Source: Octopus vulgaris
Taxonomy: Eukaryota
Direction: 5' to 3'
NCBI GenBank assembly: GCA_951406725.2
Contig: OX597827.1
Coordinates: 18,662,001-18,726,000 of the forward strand
Length of the DNA: 64,000 bases
Below are positions 39,630 to 53,033 of this stretch, in pieces. Position 1 is the first letter of the stretch. The number at the start of each line of letters is the position of its first letter. Under the pieces are notes generated by a model. The model was not told the origin of the DNA and did not search any database. It was given only the letters and a program-made list of their open reading frames with translations. The position numbers and the translations under genes are program-made.

Positions 39630-39893
39630 TTTAGTAGAATCAGATGAGTATGGTACTTAAGTTGAAGGCATCAGAATTTAGTACGGTATTATACATACAA
39701 TTTCAAAATAAGGTGATTATAATCAAAATAAACAACAAGGATATCCAGAGGTAATGCAGTACGATCGTTTCATGCGACTCCATTTAATTGAACAATGCAA
39801 ATATTGTTCAAAATGTTTGCATTGTTCAATTAAATAGAGTCGCATGAAACGGTCGTACTGCATTACCTCTGGAGATCCTTGTTGCTTATTTTG

Positions 39894-39899
<6 letters not shown>
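39627..39899. mobile_element. Fold-back cassette in (TA)n, same family as 48925-49318
   Basis: ~85-bp inverted arms at 39718-39805 and 39812-39899 carrying the GAAA-CGATCG-TA-CTGCA hammerhead 3' half. Confidence 0.8.
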
Positions 39900-39931
<32 letters not shown>

Positions 39932-39936
<5 letters not shown>

Positions 39937-40073
39937 AGGTTTGGAGATGATTACAGGTATTATATATTAGAAGAAATGAGGTAATCAGAAGATCGGATGG
40001 TTCATATTTATAGATATTTATTTATATATTACATATATTATTTATATATTACATTTTCTGATTACCTCATTTC

Positions 40074-40082
<9 letters not shown>
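39932..40082. repeat. Fold-back cassette between (TA)n tracts
   Basis: ATTAGAAGAAATGAGGTAATCAGAA inverted at ~40056-40080. Confidence 0.8.
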
Positions 40083-40130
<48 letters not shown>

Positions 40131-40136
<6 letters not shown>

Positions 40137-40372
40137 GTAAAATAATATGTGATAATTATTCAATAGCCAATATAAAACTCTGAGTTTCGGATGCCGAGGT
40201 GGAAATCCACACCACCATCTCTTCGGTTATCTGGTCAGGTAACCGAAGAGATGGTGTTGCGGATTTCCATCTCGGCATCCGAAACTCAGAGTTTTATCTT
40301 GGCTATTGAATAATTGTCACGTATTATTTTACAGATAAATTTCCGTTTGTTATCTTACCGTTTTTACCATTA
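40131..40372. mobile_element. Near-perfect ~200-bp palindrome cassette in (TA)n
   Basis: Arms 40131-40233 and 40236-40337; family shared with 34456-34650. Confidence 0.85.
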
Positions 40373-40449
40373 TATATATATGGTGGGCCACAAGTCACGC
40401 ACAAAATAGGGGCAAAACGCTCCGGAATTGTGTCATAGGCATACTTCAA

Positions 40450-40756
40450 TTTTTCAGTTAGAGGGCTCGCACTCTCTATGGTCATTCAAAGCCGTCCAAG
40501 GGTGGTCGTGCACATCTTTACATTTCCTCAGTCACCGCGCAAAGCCATTAAAAAAATCAATTGGAGTAATTTTTTTGTGAATTTTCTATCCAAAACCCAA
40601 TCAAAATGCCCAAAACTTGATACACCAATTGAATGCCAGCTAGCTGTATGTGATTGGTCGGAGATTTGGACAGTACTCGCGTGTATGTGCGCACGCACGC
40701 AGCTGTATATGCATGCACTAGCACTATGACCCGGCGTTGCCGGGTCATAGTGCTAG
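40450..40756 (+). mobile_element. Helitron copy (family of 1063-1424), 5' end missing
   Basis: Reverse-complement homology to 1063-1367; terminal hairpin and CTAG|T. Confidence 0.85.
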
Positions 40757-41058
40757 TCTTATATAAAACACTACTCACAGTTAGAAAAATGGAGAAGAGA
40801 AGATGTTAAAAGTTCAATTTAGAATTTAATTTTCACACACGACTGTTTCGAATGAGAAAACCAACCTGTAAGACAAAACATTAATTATAATAATAATAAT
40901 AAAATTAGTTATGTATTACCATTCTCGTCAGTGCAAAAAATTAAGGAAAACATTCAAAAAGCAAATTAGAAGGAAGATTAAGTGAAAATTAAATTCCAAA
41001 TTTAACTTTTAACATCTCTTCTCTATTTTTCTAACTGTTAGTAGTGTTTCACGTAAGA
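40757..41058. mobile_element. Fold-back cassette with a minus-strand hammerhead-like motif in its loop
   Basis: Arms 40757-40836 and 40982-41058; minus strand 40934-40837 reads CTGACGA-GAATG...CATTC-GAAA-CAG-TC. Confidence 0.68.
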
Positions 41059-41124
41059 TTTTATCTTATACATGCATAAAACAAACTTTTTATTTGTTTA
41101 TATTCATAGTTTCAATGCTTACTA

Positions 41125-41440
41125 GTGTTGTTTTGTTGTTTGTTCCTTCTCGATCCACGCCTGGCTCATAAGGGCCGGTTTCCCAGTTTCTTTGGCGTAT
41201 AGGTTCCCCACCTGGATGGGACGCCGGTCCGTCGCAGATGAGCTGCAAGATGCAGGAGGAAAGAGCGAGAGAAAGTTGTAGCGAAAGAGTCAGCGGAAGT
41301 TTCGCCATTACCTTCTGCCGGAGCCGCGTTGAGCTTAGGTGTTTCGCTCATAAACACACACATCGCCCGGTCTGAGATTCGAACCCGCGATCTCTTGATC
41401 ACGAGTCCGCTGCTCTAACCACTAGGCCATGTGCCTCCAC
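41125..41440 (-). mobile_element. tRNA-derived SINE family D, full length
   Basis: Minus strand TGGCCTAGTGGTTAGAGCAGCGGACTCG...GGTTCGAATCTC head and (AAC)n-like tail. Confidence 0.85.
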
Positions 41441-41588
41441 AAATGTTTGAGATAGATAGATGACTTGTTCTACGTGAAATTATTTTCTCTCTCTCACAAA
41501 CACACACACACATATATATGTAATGTATTTCGGGACGGTCATTTTATTTATTATTATTTTTATTGCCAAATAAACACACGCACTGTAT

Positions 41589-41985
41589 TACTCTTTTACT
41601 TTACTTGTTTCAGTCATTTGACTGAGGCCATGCTGGAGCACCGCCTTTAGTCGAGGAAATCGACCGCCAGGAATTATTCTTTGTAAGCCTAGTACTTATT
41701 CTATCTTTCTCTTTTGCCGAACCGCTAAGTTACGGGGACGTAAACACACCAGCATCGGTTGTCAAGCGATGTTGGGGGGACAAACACAGACACACAAACA
41801 CACACATATATACATATATACGACGGGCTTCTTTCAGTTTCCGCCTACCAAATCCACTCACAAGGCTTTCGTCGGCCCGAGGCTATAGTAGAAGACACTT
41901 GCCCAAGGTGCCACACAGTGGGACTGAACCCGGAACCATGTGCTTGGGAAGCAATCTTCTTACCACACAGCCACACCTGCGACTC
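41589..41985 (-). mobile_element. SINE family A
   Basis: Match to family. Confidence 0.9.
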
Positions 41986-42004
41986 TATATATATTGTTTT
42001 GATC

Positions 42005-42038
<34 letters not shown>

Positions 42039-42919
42039 TATAAATGCATACACATGTATATATATATATATATTTATACATCCATATACGACAGGTTTAC
42101 GCATATTTTCCGTCTACCACGAATTCACTTACCGGGCATTTTGTCGGCCTGTGGCTGTAATAGCCCTAGGTACTATGTAGAGGCACTGAACTTGAAAGCA
42201 CGTCGTTGCAAAGCTAGCCTCTTAACCTCACAGACATTGCGATCTTGTATCTCTCTTCTTTTTTTTCTTTTTTTGCAGCTTGTGATAAACAACATTATGC
42301 CCGAATTAGTAAAAATAAATAAATACAATAAAATAATGACATTTTTTGCTAGAATCAAGTTATACTCATTCAACTCTTGATCCAGATACTAAATTCTTTA
42401 GGATTTGGTTAAAGTCTTTAGAAATTGTGTCTGGCAGTTTCTTCCCGAACGGAAATCCTGCTGGGTTGTTGTTGACACGATTCTGTTTTACTAAAAGTAT
42501 ATTATCCTATTAAAGTTCTCCGCAGAACATGTTAAAGATGTGATGTAAGCGATATATATATAATAATCTATAGTTACTTGTCTGCACTCTGCTGCCTAAT
42601 TTATGAAGCGGTGTTACTGTCGCCATGTGCTTAAATAGTTCTTGGTGGAAAATTTTTTTTAGAAGGATATTATAAAGCTGACTGGCTGGCTGGCTGGCTA
42701 GATTTGCAGGAATTTAGGAAATCTAGAATGCCATCCGGCCCTGGAGCTGGGTTTGCGTTGAGACTACTTGCTTACTGCTTCCGTTATTTCTTGTTCTGTT
42801 CTGTTCTGTAAGAATTCCACGGTGTTGAAGCTGTGGTGAGACCCAAGCAGCTAAGAGCTGGAATGTCACGTGATGTTCGTTTGATACACATTCATCAGGG
42901 GAAAATATGTTTTTATTCT

Positions 42920-43149
42920 TTTCTTTTATTCTTTTACTTGTTTCAGTCATTTGACTGCGGCCATGCTGGAGCACCGCCTTTAGTCGAGCAAATCGACCCC
43001 GGGACTTATTCTTTGTAAGCCCAGTACTTATTCTATCGGTCTCTTTTGCCGAACCGCTAAGTAACGGGGACGTAAACACACCAGCATCGGTTGTCAAGCA
43101 ATGCTAGGGGGACAAACACAGACACACAAACACAGACACACACACACAA

Positions 43150-43186
<37 letters not shown>

Positions 43187-43350
43187 CGACAGGCTTCTTT
43201 CAGTTTCCGTCTACCAAATCCACTCACAAGGCTTTGGTAGGCCCGAGGCTATAGCAGAAGACACTTGCCCAAGGTGCCACGCAGGGGGACTGAACACGGA
43301 ACCATGTGGTTGGTAAGCAAGCTACTTACCACACAGCCACTCCTGCGCCT
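42920..43350 (-). mobile_element. SINE family A, full length
   Basis: Match to family. Confidence 0.92.
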
Positions 43351-43654
43351 ATGTTTGGTTGCTTTTTGTGTAGATGACAAAATTTGCCACGAGTTAGCCT
43401 CATACGCGCTATCTGAACAATGTATTGTTCCAATTTTTAAAAAAATCTTAAAATAGGAAGCTTGTGTGTTGCATACGAAAACCATTCAGTTAAGAACTTC
43501 GTAATAAGAAGCATAATATATATATATATAACTAAATAAGTGTACATATTCGACGCACCCTCTTCCTTAGTCCTTAATTTCAAATTCAAACTTTTAACCC
43601 CACCAAACAATGACTTGAGATATCCGCTCCGATGTTCTTATTGTTCTGTCTGTC

Positions 43655-44039
43655 TGCTATTGACTGCGGCCATGCTGGAGCACCATCATTAGTCGAGCAA
43701 ATCGACCCCCAAGACTTATTCTTTGTAAGCCCAGTACTTATTCTATCAATCCCTTTTGCCGAATCGCTAATGACGTGGACGTAAACACACCAGCATCGGT
43801 TATCATGCAATACTAGGGGGACAAACACAGGCACACAAACATACACACACACACACACACACATATACATATATACAACGGGTTTCTTTGAGTTTCCGTC
43901 TACCAAATCCATTCACAAGGCTTTGGTCGGTCCGAGGCTATAGTAGAAGACACTTGTCCAAGGTGCCACGCAGTGGGACTGAACCCGGAACCATGTGGTT
44001 GGTAAGCAAGCTACTTACCACACAGCCACTCCTGTGCCT
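43655..44039 (-). mobile_element. SINE family A
   Basis: Match to family. Confidence 0.88.
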
Positions 44040-44284
44040 ATTATTGCTAATTTTTTTTTTTCTCCAACTGGAAAGTTGACCTCAGCGGTATTTGAACCCA
44101 AAGTACCTGGAATCAGAACAAGTAGTGCCCTAACTATTGGGCCAGTTCGCTTCCTGGTCTGAAATGTGTCGGAACCATATTTCTGTAAAGTAAAAGTTCT
44201 TAACCGTACAACTTCCTCTTGACCGTCCGAAGACCCTCTTCTTTGCCGGTCCCCCTCAAAGACACCGACATGGGTAATATGTAA

Positions 44285-44443
44285 AGGCATGGCTATGTGG
44301 TTAAGAACCTCGCTCTGCATATTCACATGGGTAAATGTCTTCTACCATGCCCATCACCCTAGACCAACAGATGTTTTATGAGTTTCGCAGAAGGAAACTG
44401 TGCAGAAACCCGTCATGCGTGCATGTGTGTGCAAGTGTGCGTT

Positions 44444-44512
<69 letters not shown>

Positions 44513-44745
44513 CTTTGTGTCTGTGTCCCACCGCCACCGCCGCTTGACAACCGGTGTTGGTGTCCTTACGTCCCCCTAACTTAGCAGTTCGGCAAAATAA
44601 AATAAATACCGATAGAATAAATATCAGGGTCTTAAAAAAACAAAACAAAAAAAACAAGAACTGATGTCGATACATTCGACTAAAGATTTTGCAAGGCGGT
44701 GCCCCAGCATGGCCACGATCGAATGATTGAAACACATAAAAGAAT
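44285..44745 (+). mobile_element. Diverged SINE family A relative
   Basis: GGCTATGTGGTTAAGAA head, internal (TG)n, GGCGGTGCCCCAGCATGGCC tail. Confidence 0.75.
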
Positions 44746-44944
44746 AGAAAAGTTGAGGAAGTATAATCGATTTCTTTTTAAACAACAAAATCTCATGTGG
44801 ACACCCAAGGATCTTGCGGACCCTGGTTGAGGACCGTCGGACGAAACCCTTCGAGGCGGTGCCCCAACATGGCCGTAGTCCGATGACTAAAACAAGCAAA
44901 AGATAGGAACCATCTCAGTGAAACTATATTTATTTTGGGGGGAG

Positions 44945-45646
44945 AGGTAGTGGTATTGGTGGTGGTGGTGGTGGTCGTCGTCGTCGTCGTGATGGTGGTG
45001 GTGGTGATGGTGTTGGTGGTGGTTATGGTGGTAGTGGTGATTAAGGTGGTGGTGGTCGTCGTGGTCGTGGTCGTGGTGTTGGCGGTAGAGATAGTGGTGG
45101 TGGTGATGGTGATGGTGATGGTGGTGGTAGTGGTGGTGGTGGTGATGGGGGTATTGGTGGTGGTGGTAGTGGTGGTGGTGGTGGTGATGATGGTAGTAGT
45201 GATTAAGGTGGTGGTCGTGGTGGTCGTGGTGGTGGCGGTAGTGGTAGTGGTGTTGGTGGTAGTGGTAGTGGTCGTCGTCGTCGTCGTGATGGTGGTGGTG
45301 GTGATGATGGTAGTAGTGATTAAGGTGGTGGTGGTGGTGGTAGTGGTGGTGGTTGTGGTGGTGGTAGAAGTGGCAATAGTGGTAGTGATGGCACTGATGG
45401 TGGTGGAGTTCTACATGTGTGTGTGTGTGTGTGTGTTTGTATGAGGACTAAACTGGTGAGGTCTTTTGCAACATTCGAATGTTTCCTCACGAGGATTAAG
45501 TCTTGTCTCAGGGAATAACTGACACTTTTCTTTTCATTTTTATTCATGCTTATGTTATCGTTTTATAAATATATATATATGTATATACACACACATATAT
45601 ATATATATATATATTACACAAATAAAGAAATTCCAAAAAATAATAT

Positions 45647-45678
<32 letters not shown>

Positions 45679-45884
45679 CGGGTACATTCTTACAGAAGTA
45701 TGGGTGAGTTTAATGTTCGCATTTTGCGGCATACATAAAAATGAATACCCTTCTCTATATATATTGTACACATGCGTATATGCTTTGCTTACACGTATAT
45801 ACGCATATATATGACGATTGTAAATCATTGCTTATATGGTTAAAAACGAATATATACATACGTAAGTACAACATACATACGCAT

Positions 45885-45969
<85 letters not shown>

Positions 45970-46010
45970 CGTATATATGTATGTATGTATGTATATATAT
46001 ATATATATAC

Positions 46011-46041
<31 letters not shown>

Positions 46042-46077
46042 TGCGTGTATATATATATATATATATACACACACACG

Positions 46078-46113
<36 letters not shown>

Positions 46114-46119
46114 CACACG

Positions 46120-46168
<49 letters not shown>

Positions 46169-46562
46169 TATTATATTATATACACACTCACACACACATA
46201 TATATACATGCAAATATATATTATATGCGTGCATTGAATATATGAATAAATGCATATGTATATAAAATGTGTGTGTGTGTGCGTGTATTTAGTTTATGTA
46301 TGAATGTGTGTGTGTGGGGGGGGGTTATATATTTGTGTGTGAGTGCATGGATACTTCAGTCATATACAAATATGAACATACACACATACATATGTACACA
46401 CACACACATATATATATATGAATGCATATATATATATATAATATCTATTTGCATATATATATATGTGTGTTTGTGTGTTTGTGTATATAATATATATTAT
46501 ATATATATATGTATATATATATACGTATGTACGTGTATATATATACAATATAATATATATTT

Positions 46563-46597
<35 letters not shown>

Positions 46598-46686
46598 GTA
46601 TGTATGTATATATATACACACGCATTAATACTTACTAGTACTTGTACGTTTATATGAAAATGTATATACAATATAATATATATTTC

Positions 46687-46720
<34 letters not shown>

Positions 46721-48284
46721 ATATATACACACGCACATTAATACTTACTAATACTTATACGTTTATACGAAAATGTATATACACGCATGATAATTATACA
46801 TACACACACACACACACACACACTCACACCCATCGTATATATATATATATACGTCTGTATAAGCACAGACAAGTGCGAGACACATTAAATGCCAGCCATC
46901 CCAGCAGCAGCAGCAGCCGCAGTAGCAGCGGAGGAGAGTCTATTAATAGTTAATTACTGTTGTTTCTCAACAGTCTGCTTTTATGGTGAATATTTCGACA
47001 CCATGTCGGCTGTATAGGATAGCGGCGGTGGGTGTCATGGGTGGAAGGGGGGAATTTTTGTCTCACAAGTGGCGGCTGGGTGGAGCGAAGGACACGGAGG
47101 TGGCGGCGGCGGCGGTGGCGGTGGCGGCGACGGTGGCAGTGCCGTTGGTGTTGGTGGTGGTGGTGGTGGTGGTGGTGGTGGTGGTGGTGGTAGTAAATGT
47201 GGAAGTTGTAGTGGCGGTGTTAGCGATGTAGTGAAGGTGGTAGTTATGGTGGCGGCGACGGTGGCAGTGCTGGTGGTGGTGGTGGTGGTGTTGGTGTTAG
47301 TGGTGGTGGTGGTGGTAGTGCTGGTGGTGTTGGTGTTGGTGGTAGTGCTGGTGGTGTTGGTGTTGGTGGTAGTGCTGGTGGTGTTGGTGTTGGTGGTAGT
47401 GCTGGTGGTGTTGGTGTTGGTGGTAGTGCTGGTGGTGTTGGTGTTGGTGGTAGTGCTGGTGGTAGTGGTGGCAGTGCTGGTGGTAGTGGTGGCAGTGCTG
47501 GTGGCGTTGTCCGTGATAGTGGTGGTGGTGTTGGTGTTGGTGGTAGTGGTGGTGGTGTTGGTGTTGGTGGTAGTGGTGGTGGTGTTGGTGGTAGTGGTGT
47601 TGGTGGAAGTGCTGGTGGTGTTGGTGTTGGTGGTAGTGCTGGTGGTGGTAGTAAATGTGGAAGTTGTAGTGGTGTTGTCAGCGATGTGGTGAAAGTGGTA
47701 GTTATGGTTAGGGTAGTTGCTATTGTTGTTGTTGGTGGTGATGGTGGCGTTGCTGATGGCGGGGTGACGGCATAGTGAGGTTGGCGATAGTGATGATGGT
47801 GGTGGTGGTGGTGGTGGAGGTAAATGTGGACGTAATCAAGGTGTCGGTGTTGGTAGAGGAGGTGGTGTACCCCACTATCTCAGTCATAATCACCACCACT
47901 ACCTCAACCAATACCATCAGCACCACCACCAACACCATCACCATCGGTGATGGTAGTATGGTAGTGGTGGTGATGATGGTAGTGATAATGATAATAGTGT
48001 GGATGATGATGGCGGTGGTGGTGGTGATTGGTCATGGTGATGGTGTTGGTGGTGGTGCTGATGGTATCGGTTGGAGGTAGTGGTGGTGGTTATGACTGAG
48101 ATAGTGGGGTACATGGTGGGATGGGAAAAGGGACTTGAAGTGAAAGAAGAAGGGGAAAATAACGAGAGAAGGGAACGACGGGTAGAGAAAACACATGCAT
48201 TAGAAGACATGATGATGATGATGATGATAGTGATTATAACGATGATGACGATGACGACGATGACGATGATGGGACGACGACGAC

Positions 48285-48317
<33 letters not shown>

Positions 48318-48560
48318 GGTGGTGGTGATGACGATGATGATGATGATGATGATGATGATGACGACGACGACGACGGCGATGATGATGATGGCGATGGTGT
48401 TGATGATGATGATGATGACGATGATGATGACGATGATGATGATGATGATGATGATGACGACGACGACGATGATGACGATGATGATGATGGTGGTGGTTTT
48501 GGTGGTGGTGGTGGTGGTGATGATGGTGACGATGATGATGATGGTGACGATGATAAAAGC
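44945..48560. repeat. Low-complexity field: (GGT)n, (TA)/(CA)n, 27-bp minisatellite GTAGTGCTGGTGGTGTTGGTGTTGGTG (~47315-47460), (GAT)n
   Basis: Direct inspection; short unique islands interspersed. Confidence 0.9.
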
Positions 48561-49193
48561 GACGACAATCGTGACTAACTTAGGCAATATATATTTAAAG
48601 GATACAAATTAAAGGGGATTAAAAGCGAAAGACATAATCAGCACCTTTCAAAGAACTACGACTTAACATTTCTTTGCGGTAGCCACGAAAACATATTACT
48701 CAGTATGGTGGATCTTTTGTTTGTCTTTGTTTTTAATGTCACCTTAGCTTTCGACGTAGGCAATTATACAGAGGATAGCACCATGGAGGCCACATGTTAG
48801 ACAAAACATTCAAAAACATAACTTAGACTCTTAACTTCATTTAATCATTCGGGCTAACCGCGACCTGGTCACTGACAAGAACAAGATTACTTCGTCTAAT
48901 CTGTGAGCTTGTTGGTCGATATATCTATATAGATAAATTTAGATTCAGATAAATATGATACTAAAGTTGAAGGCATCAGAATTTAGTACGGTATTATCCA
49001 TACAATTTCAAAATAAGATGATTAAAATCAAAGTAAGCAACAAGGATATCCAGAGGTAATGCTGTACGATCGTTTCATGCGACTCCATTTAATTGGCAAA
49101 ACATGTTCTTTGTCTATCTCATTATCCTCTTGGAGATTTTGGGTAAAATTATACTAATGTGTCCTTCTAATTTAATTAAATTCTATGTCTTTG

Positions 49194-49285
49194 TGCAGCT
49201 GAAGATTGCTCTACATTTTAAATTGATGTAATGAAATGATTGCATTGTTCAATTAAATGCCGTCGCATGAAACGATCGTACTGCA
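49194..49285 (+). ncRNA. Type I hammerhead ribozyme motif with extended stem-II loop
   Basis: TGCAG-CTGAAGA-TTGC...GCAT-GAAA-CGATCG-TA-CTGCA: 5-bp stem I, palindromic stem III, GUA cleavage triplet; inside fold-back cassette 48925-49318. Confidence 0.75.
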
Positions 49286-49316
49286 TTACCTCTGTATATC
49301 CTTGTTGCTTGTTTTG

Positions 49317-49367
<51 letters not shown>

Positions 49368-49428
49368 TAGATAGATAAATAGATGTATATATGTATGTAT
49401 GTATGTATATATATATATATATATATAT

Positions 49429-49474
<46 letters not shown>

Positions 49475-49477
49475 GTA

Positions 49478-49519
<42 letters not shown>

Positions 49520-49529
49520 CATACATACA

Positions 49530-49563
<34 letters not shown>

Positions 49564-49600
49564 CATCTATCTATCTATCTATCTATTTATATATATATAT

Positions 49601-51587
49601 CAAAATATGCGGAAAGACTCACTCTGCAGTGAGAATTGTGTTTTTGAGGAGGCGTATCCCCTCCGCAAAAATTTGCTGGCTGTGAAAATTGTCTTTACCC
49701 TTTGTGGATTACCAGTTTGGAACCAGTTTGGATTAAGAAACAGTTCGCCGTGAAGGTAAGCGGTTTTGTTGTTTCTGAGCAGGGTAGAATTGTTGTGTGT
49801 TTTATTTTTATTACAGTATATTCTGCCCAGCTCTGGGGCATTTTCGCTTACTCTTGGCGGTGTTGTGATTGTGCTCGTTAACAGGCAAGTGAAGAACTTC
49901 AACGTGAATATTTTCCCTGCAGTTATTTAGGAAAAAATTGGTGCTTGCAAGCTGTGCGTGGTTTTGAACCCGGAAACGTTGGAAGTACTTTACCAGAAGA
50001 ATTATTAAGAGATTTGAAGGCTGCAAGTGAGCTGGGTGCAGCTCGAAAATTTTATTTTCTGCCGTGGAGAATTGTACAATATTTATTTATTTTTCTGAAC
50101 TACTGTCTTTTCTTTCGTTTTGCTGAACAATTTTAGTTGGACTAGTATTTTTTTCTTCCAATTTTAGTTGAACTGTGTTTTTAGTTTTTTGTGTTCAAAG
50201 ATTTTTTGTTGCTTTTTGTTGAGTGACTTTTTTCCTTGTTTGAACTGTGGTTTATCGACATGGCAGATAAAATGATAAGAAATAAGACTACTGCTTTGGA
50301 GAAGGAGATTGTCCCACCCAAGCAGTGGTTAAAAGATATGAAAGAGAGGACGGTGGTGGTTAGAACTTACTCTAAAGTTCTTGATACCATCACCGTCTTC
50401 CCAAAACAAACCATTGGAAAAGAACTAAAAGACTATTTGTCCCCTGCAAAATATATATCCCGGGGTGTCAAGCATGCAACGGTGTGGTTGTTGTTCAACA
50501 CCAGGGTGGAGGCTTGCAATTTTGCAAGTCAGCCTTTGGAGGGAAAGGAAATGTTCCTCCCGTCGTACTGCAGGAGGAAGGTGATAAGAGCCTAGATATG
50601 TGGGCTACCCCCGGGAATAAAGGCGGATTTGATAGGAGATACCGTCCGACGGGGCATGGGGGATAGCGGGCCCAGGCTCCTAAATGTAAGAGTGACGCCT
50701 GCGGTCAACTGGGAGGGTGCAAAGGCAACTTTGAGCCTGTGGACCCCAGTGGCCGCAGGCAAAATGACCTTCCCCGACGTTTTGAGGATGGCTGGCTCCA
50801 GGTATCCAGTGATTCTGGAGGGTGCCCCCCCCCAAGTGTCACTCGTGCCGGGAGTCAGGCCATGTCAAGAAGGACTGCCACCGGAGCCGTGGTAAGGCTC
50901 CGGAGCAGGAAAAGGGGAAGGTGCCATCCGCTCTCTCATTGGAGGGAGAGACGGAAGAAGTCGTTGAGGTGTCGACCTCAACGAGAAGAAAGAGAAACGT
51001 GAGCACCGGTGGTTGCTCCCCAGGAGACGTGCAGGTTGCAGGAGAGGAGGAGGACCCTTCGGATGTGCCGACGGAGGCCCCGACTCCCGCAACCGAAAGA
51101 AGAAGAAAAAAAGGAAGAAGAAAACCGGGAGACGGTCAGCGGATGTCGCTGTGCCGCCGACCGAATCCGATGTTCCTCCGGTGGGAAGTGTGCCACCGGA
51201 GCGAGAGGCTCTGTCAGTGGGAATTGTGCCACTGACAGAGCAGGATGAGACCTCTCTCTGTGAGGAAGAGGTTGTCATTTTCTATCTCAAGGGAGGGCCT
51301 GTGGAGTTATACTTGGACAGTCTTCTAGACCGAAAGCGATATGACTCGACCTGTATAGACTGTCCATGTTGGCCTCCGCAGGTGGCTGCAGAGGTCATAA
51401 ATCAGAATGAACTGATTGAGGTCAGGAAGACCTGTAACAAAGAAGATTTTGTTTCCCTCGGTCCGGGCTTGCCGATGACCTTCCCTGACGTTTTGAGGAT
51501 GACCTTCCCCGACGTTTTGAGGATGGCTGGCTCCAGGTATCCAGTGATTCTGGAGTACGACCTTCATGGTCAATTCGATGAAATAAA
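49601..51587 (+). pseudogene. 5' part of a Tx1/L1-type LINE: 5' UTR + disrupted ORF1 (gag-like CCHC knuckle)
   Basis: ATG at 50260; ERTVVVR, YPVILEG..PKCHSCRESGHVKKDC (CX2CX4HX4C); stop and frameshifts; begins right after (TA)n; GC-rich like 11859-13395. Confidence 0.75.
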
Positions 51588-52127
<540 letters not shown>

Positions 52128-52621
52128 TTTATCTTTTACTTGCTGCAGTCATTTGATTGCGTCTATTCTGGGGAATCACCTTGAAGCATTTAAACCGAGT
52201 GAATCGATGCTTGTACTTACTAACTCTTAAAGCCTAGTACTTATCGGTCATTTTTGCCGATCACCAGTTGTCAATCGGTGGTGATGGTGGTGATGGTGGT
52301 AGTGGGGGATTTGAAACACTCCCACTTGAGGTTTCTAATTCGATCTAAACTTTGTGTAGAATAGATCTTGCAGCATTTAGAAAGTTGGCAATTTCTAAAC
52401 CGCTATGTTCCGCGTACAGCTATTTAAATCAAACAGAAACTAGATCTTAGCTCTAATGACGAGACTAATTTGCATACCGTTCGTCTATTGACAACGTAAT
52501 TAAATTTTTAATAAATATTTATGCACAATGCAGTGTGTATTAGAAAGGCTAAAATCAATTTAAAGAAGTTCAATAAGTTTTATGGTCTTTTGCTATGGAA
52601 TATTGAACTGGTGTGAACATC

Positions 52622-53033
52622 AGGCGCAGGAGTGGCTGTGTGGTAAGTAACTTGCTAACCAACCACATGGTTCCGGGTTCAGTCCCACTGCGTGGCATCT
52701 TGGGCAAGTGTCTTCTGCTATAGCCCCGGGCCGACCAATGCCTTGTGAGTGGATTTGGTAGACGGAAACTGAAAGAAGCCTGTCGCATATATGTATGTAT
52801 ATATATATATATATATGTGTGTGTGTATGTTTGTGTGTCTGTGTTTGTCCCCCTAGCATTGCTTGACAACCGATGCTGGTGTGTTTACGTCCCCGTCACT
52901 TAGCGGTTCGGCAAAAGAGACCGATAGAATAAGTACTGGGCTTACAAAGAATAAGTCCTGGGGTCGATTTGCTCGACTAAAGGCGGTGCTCCAGCATGGC
53001 CGCAGTCAAATGACTGAAACAAGTAAAAGAGAG
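52622..53033 (+). mobile_element. SINE family A, full length
   Basis: AGGCGCAGGAGTGGCTGTGTGG...GAAACAAGTAAAAGAGAG. Confidence 0.93.
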
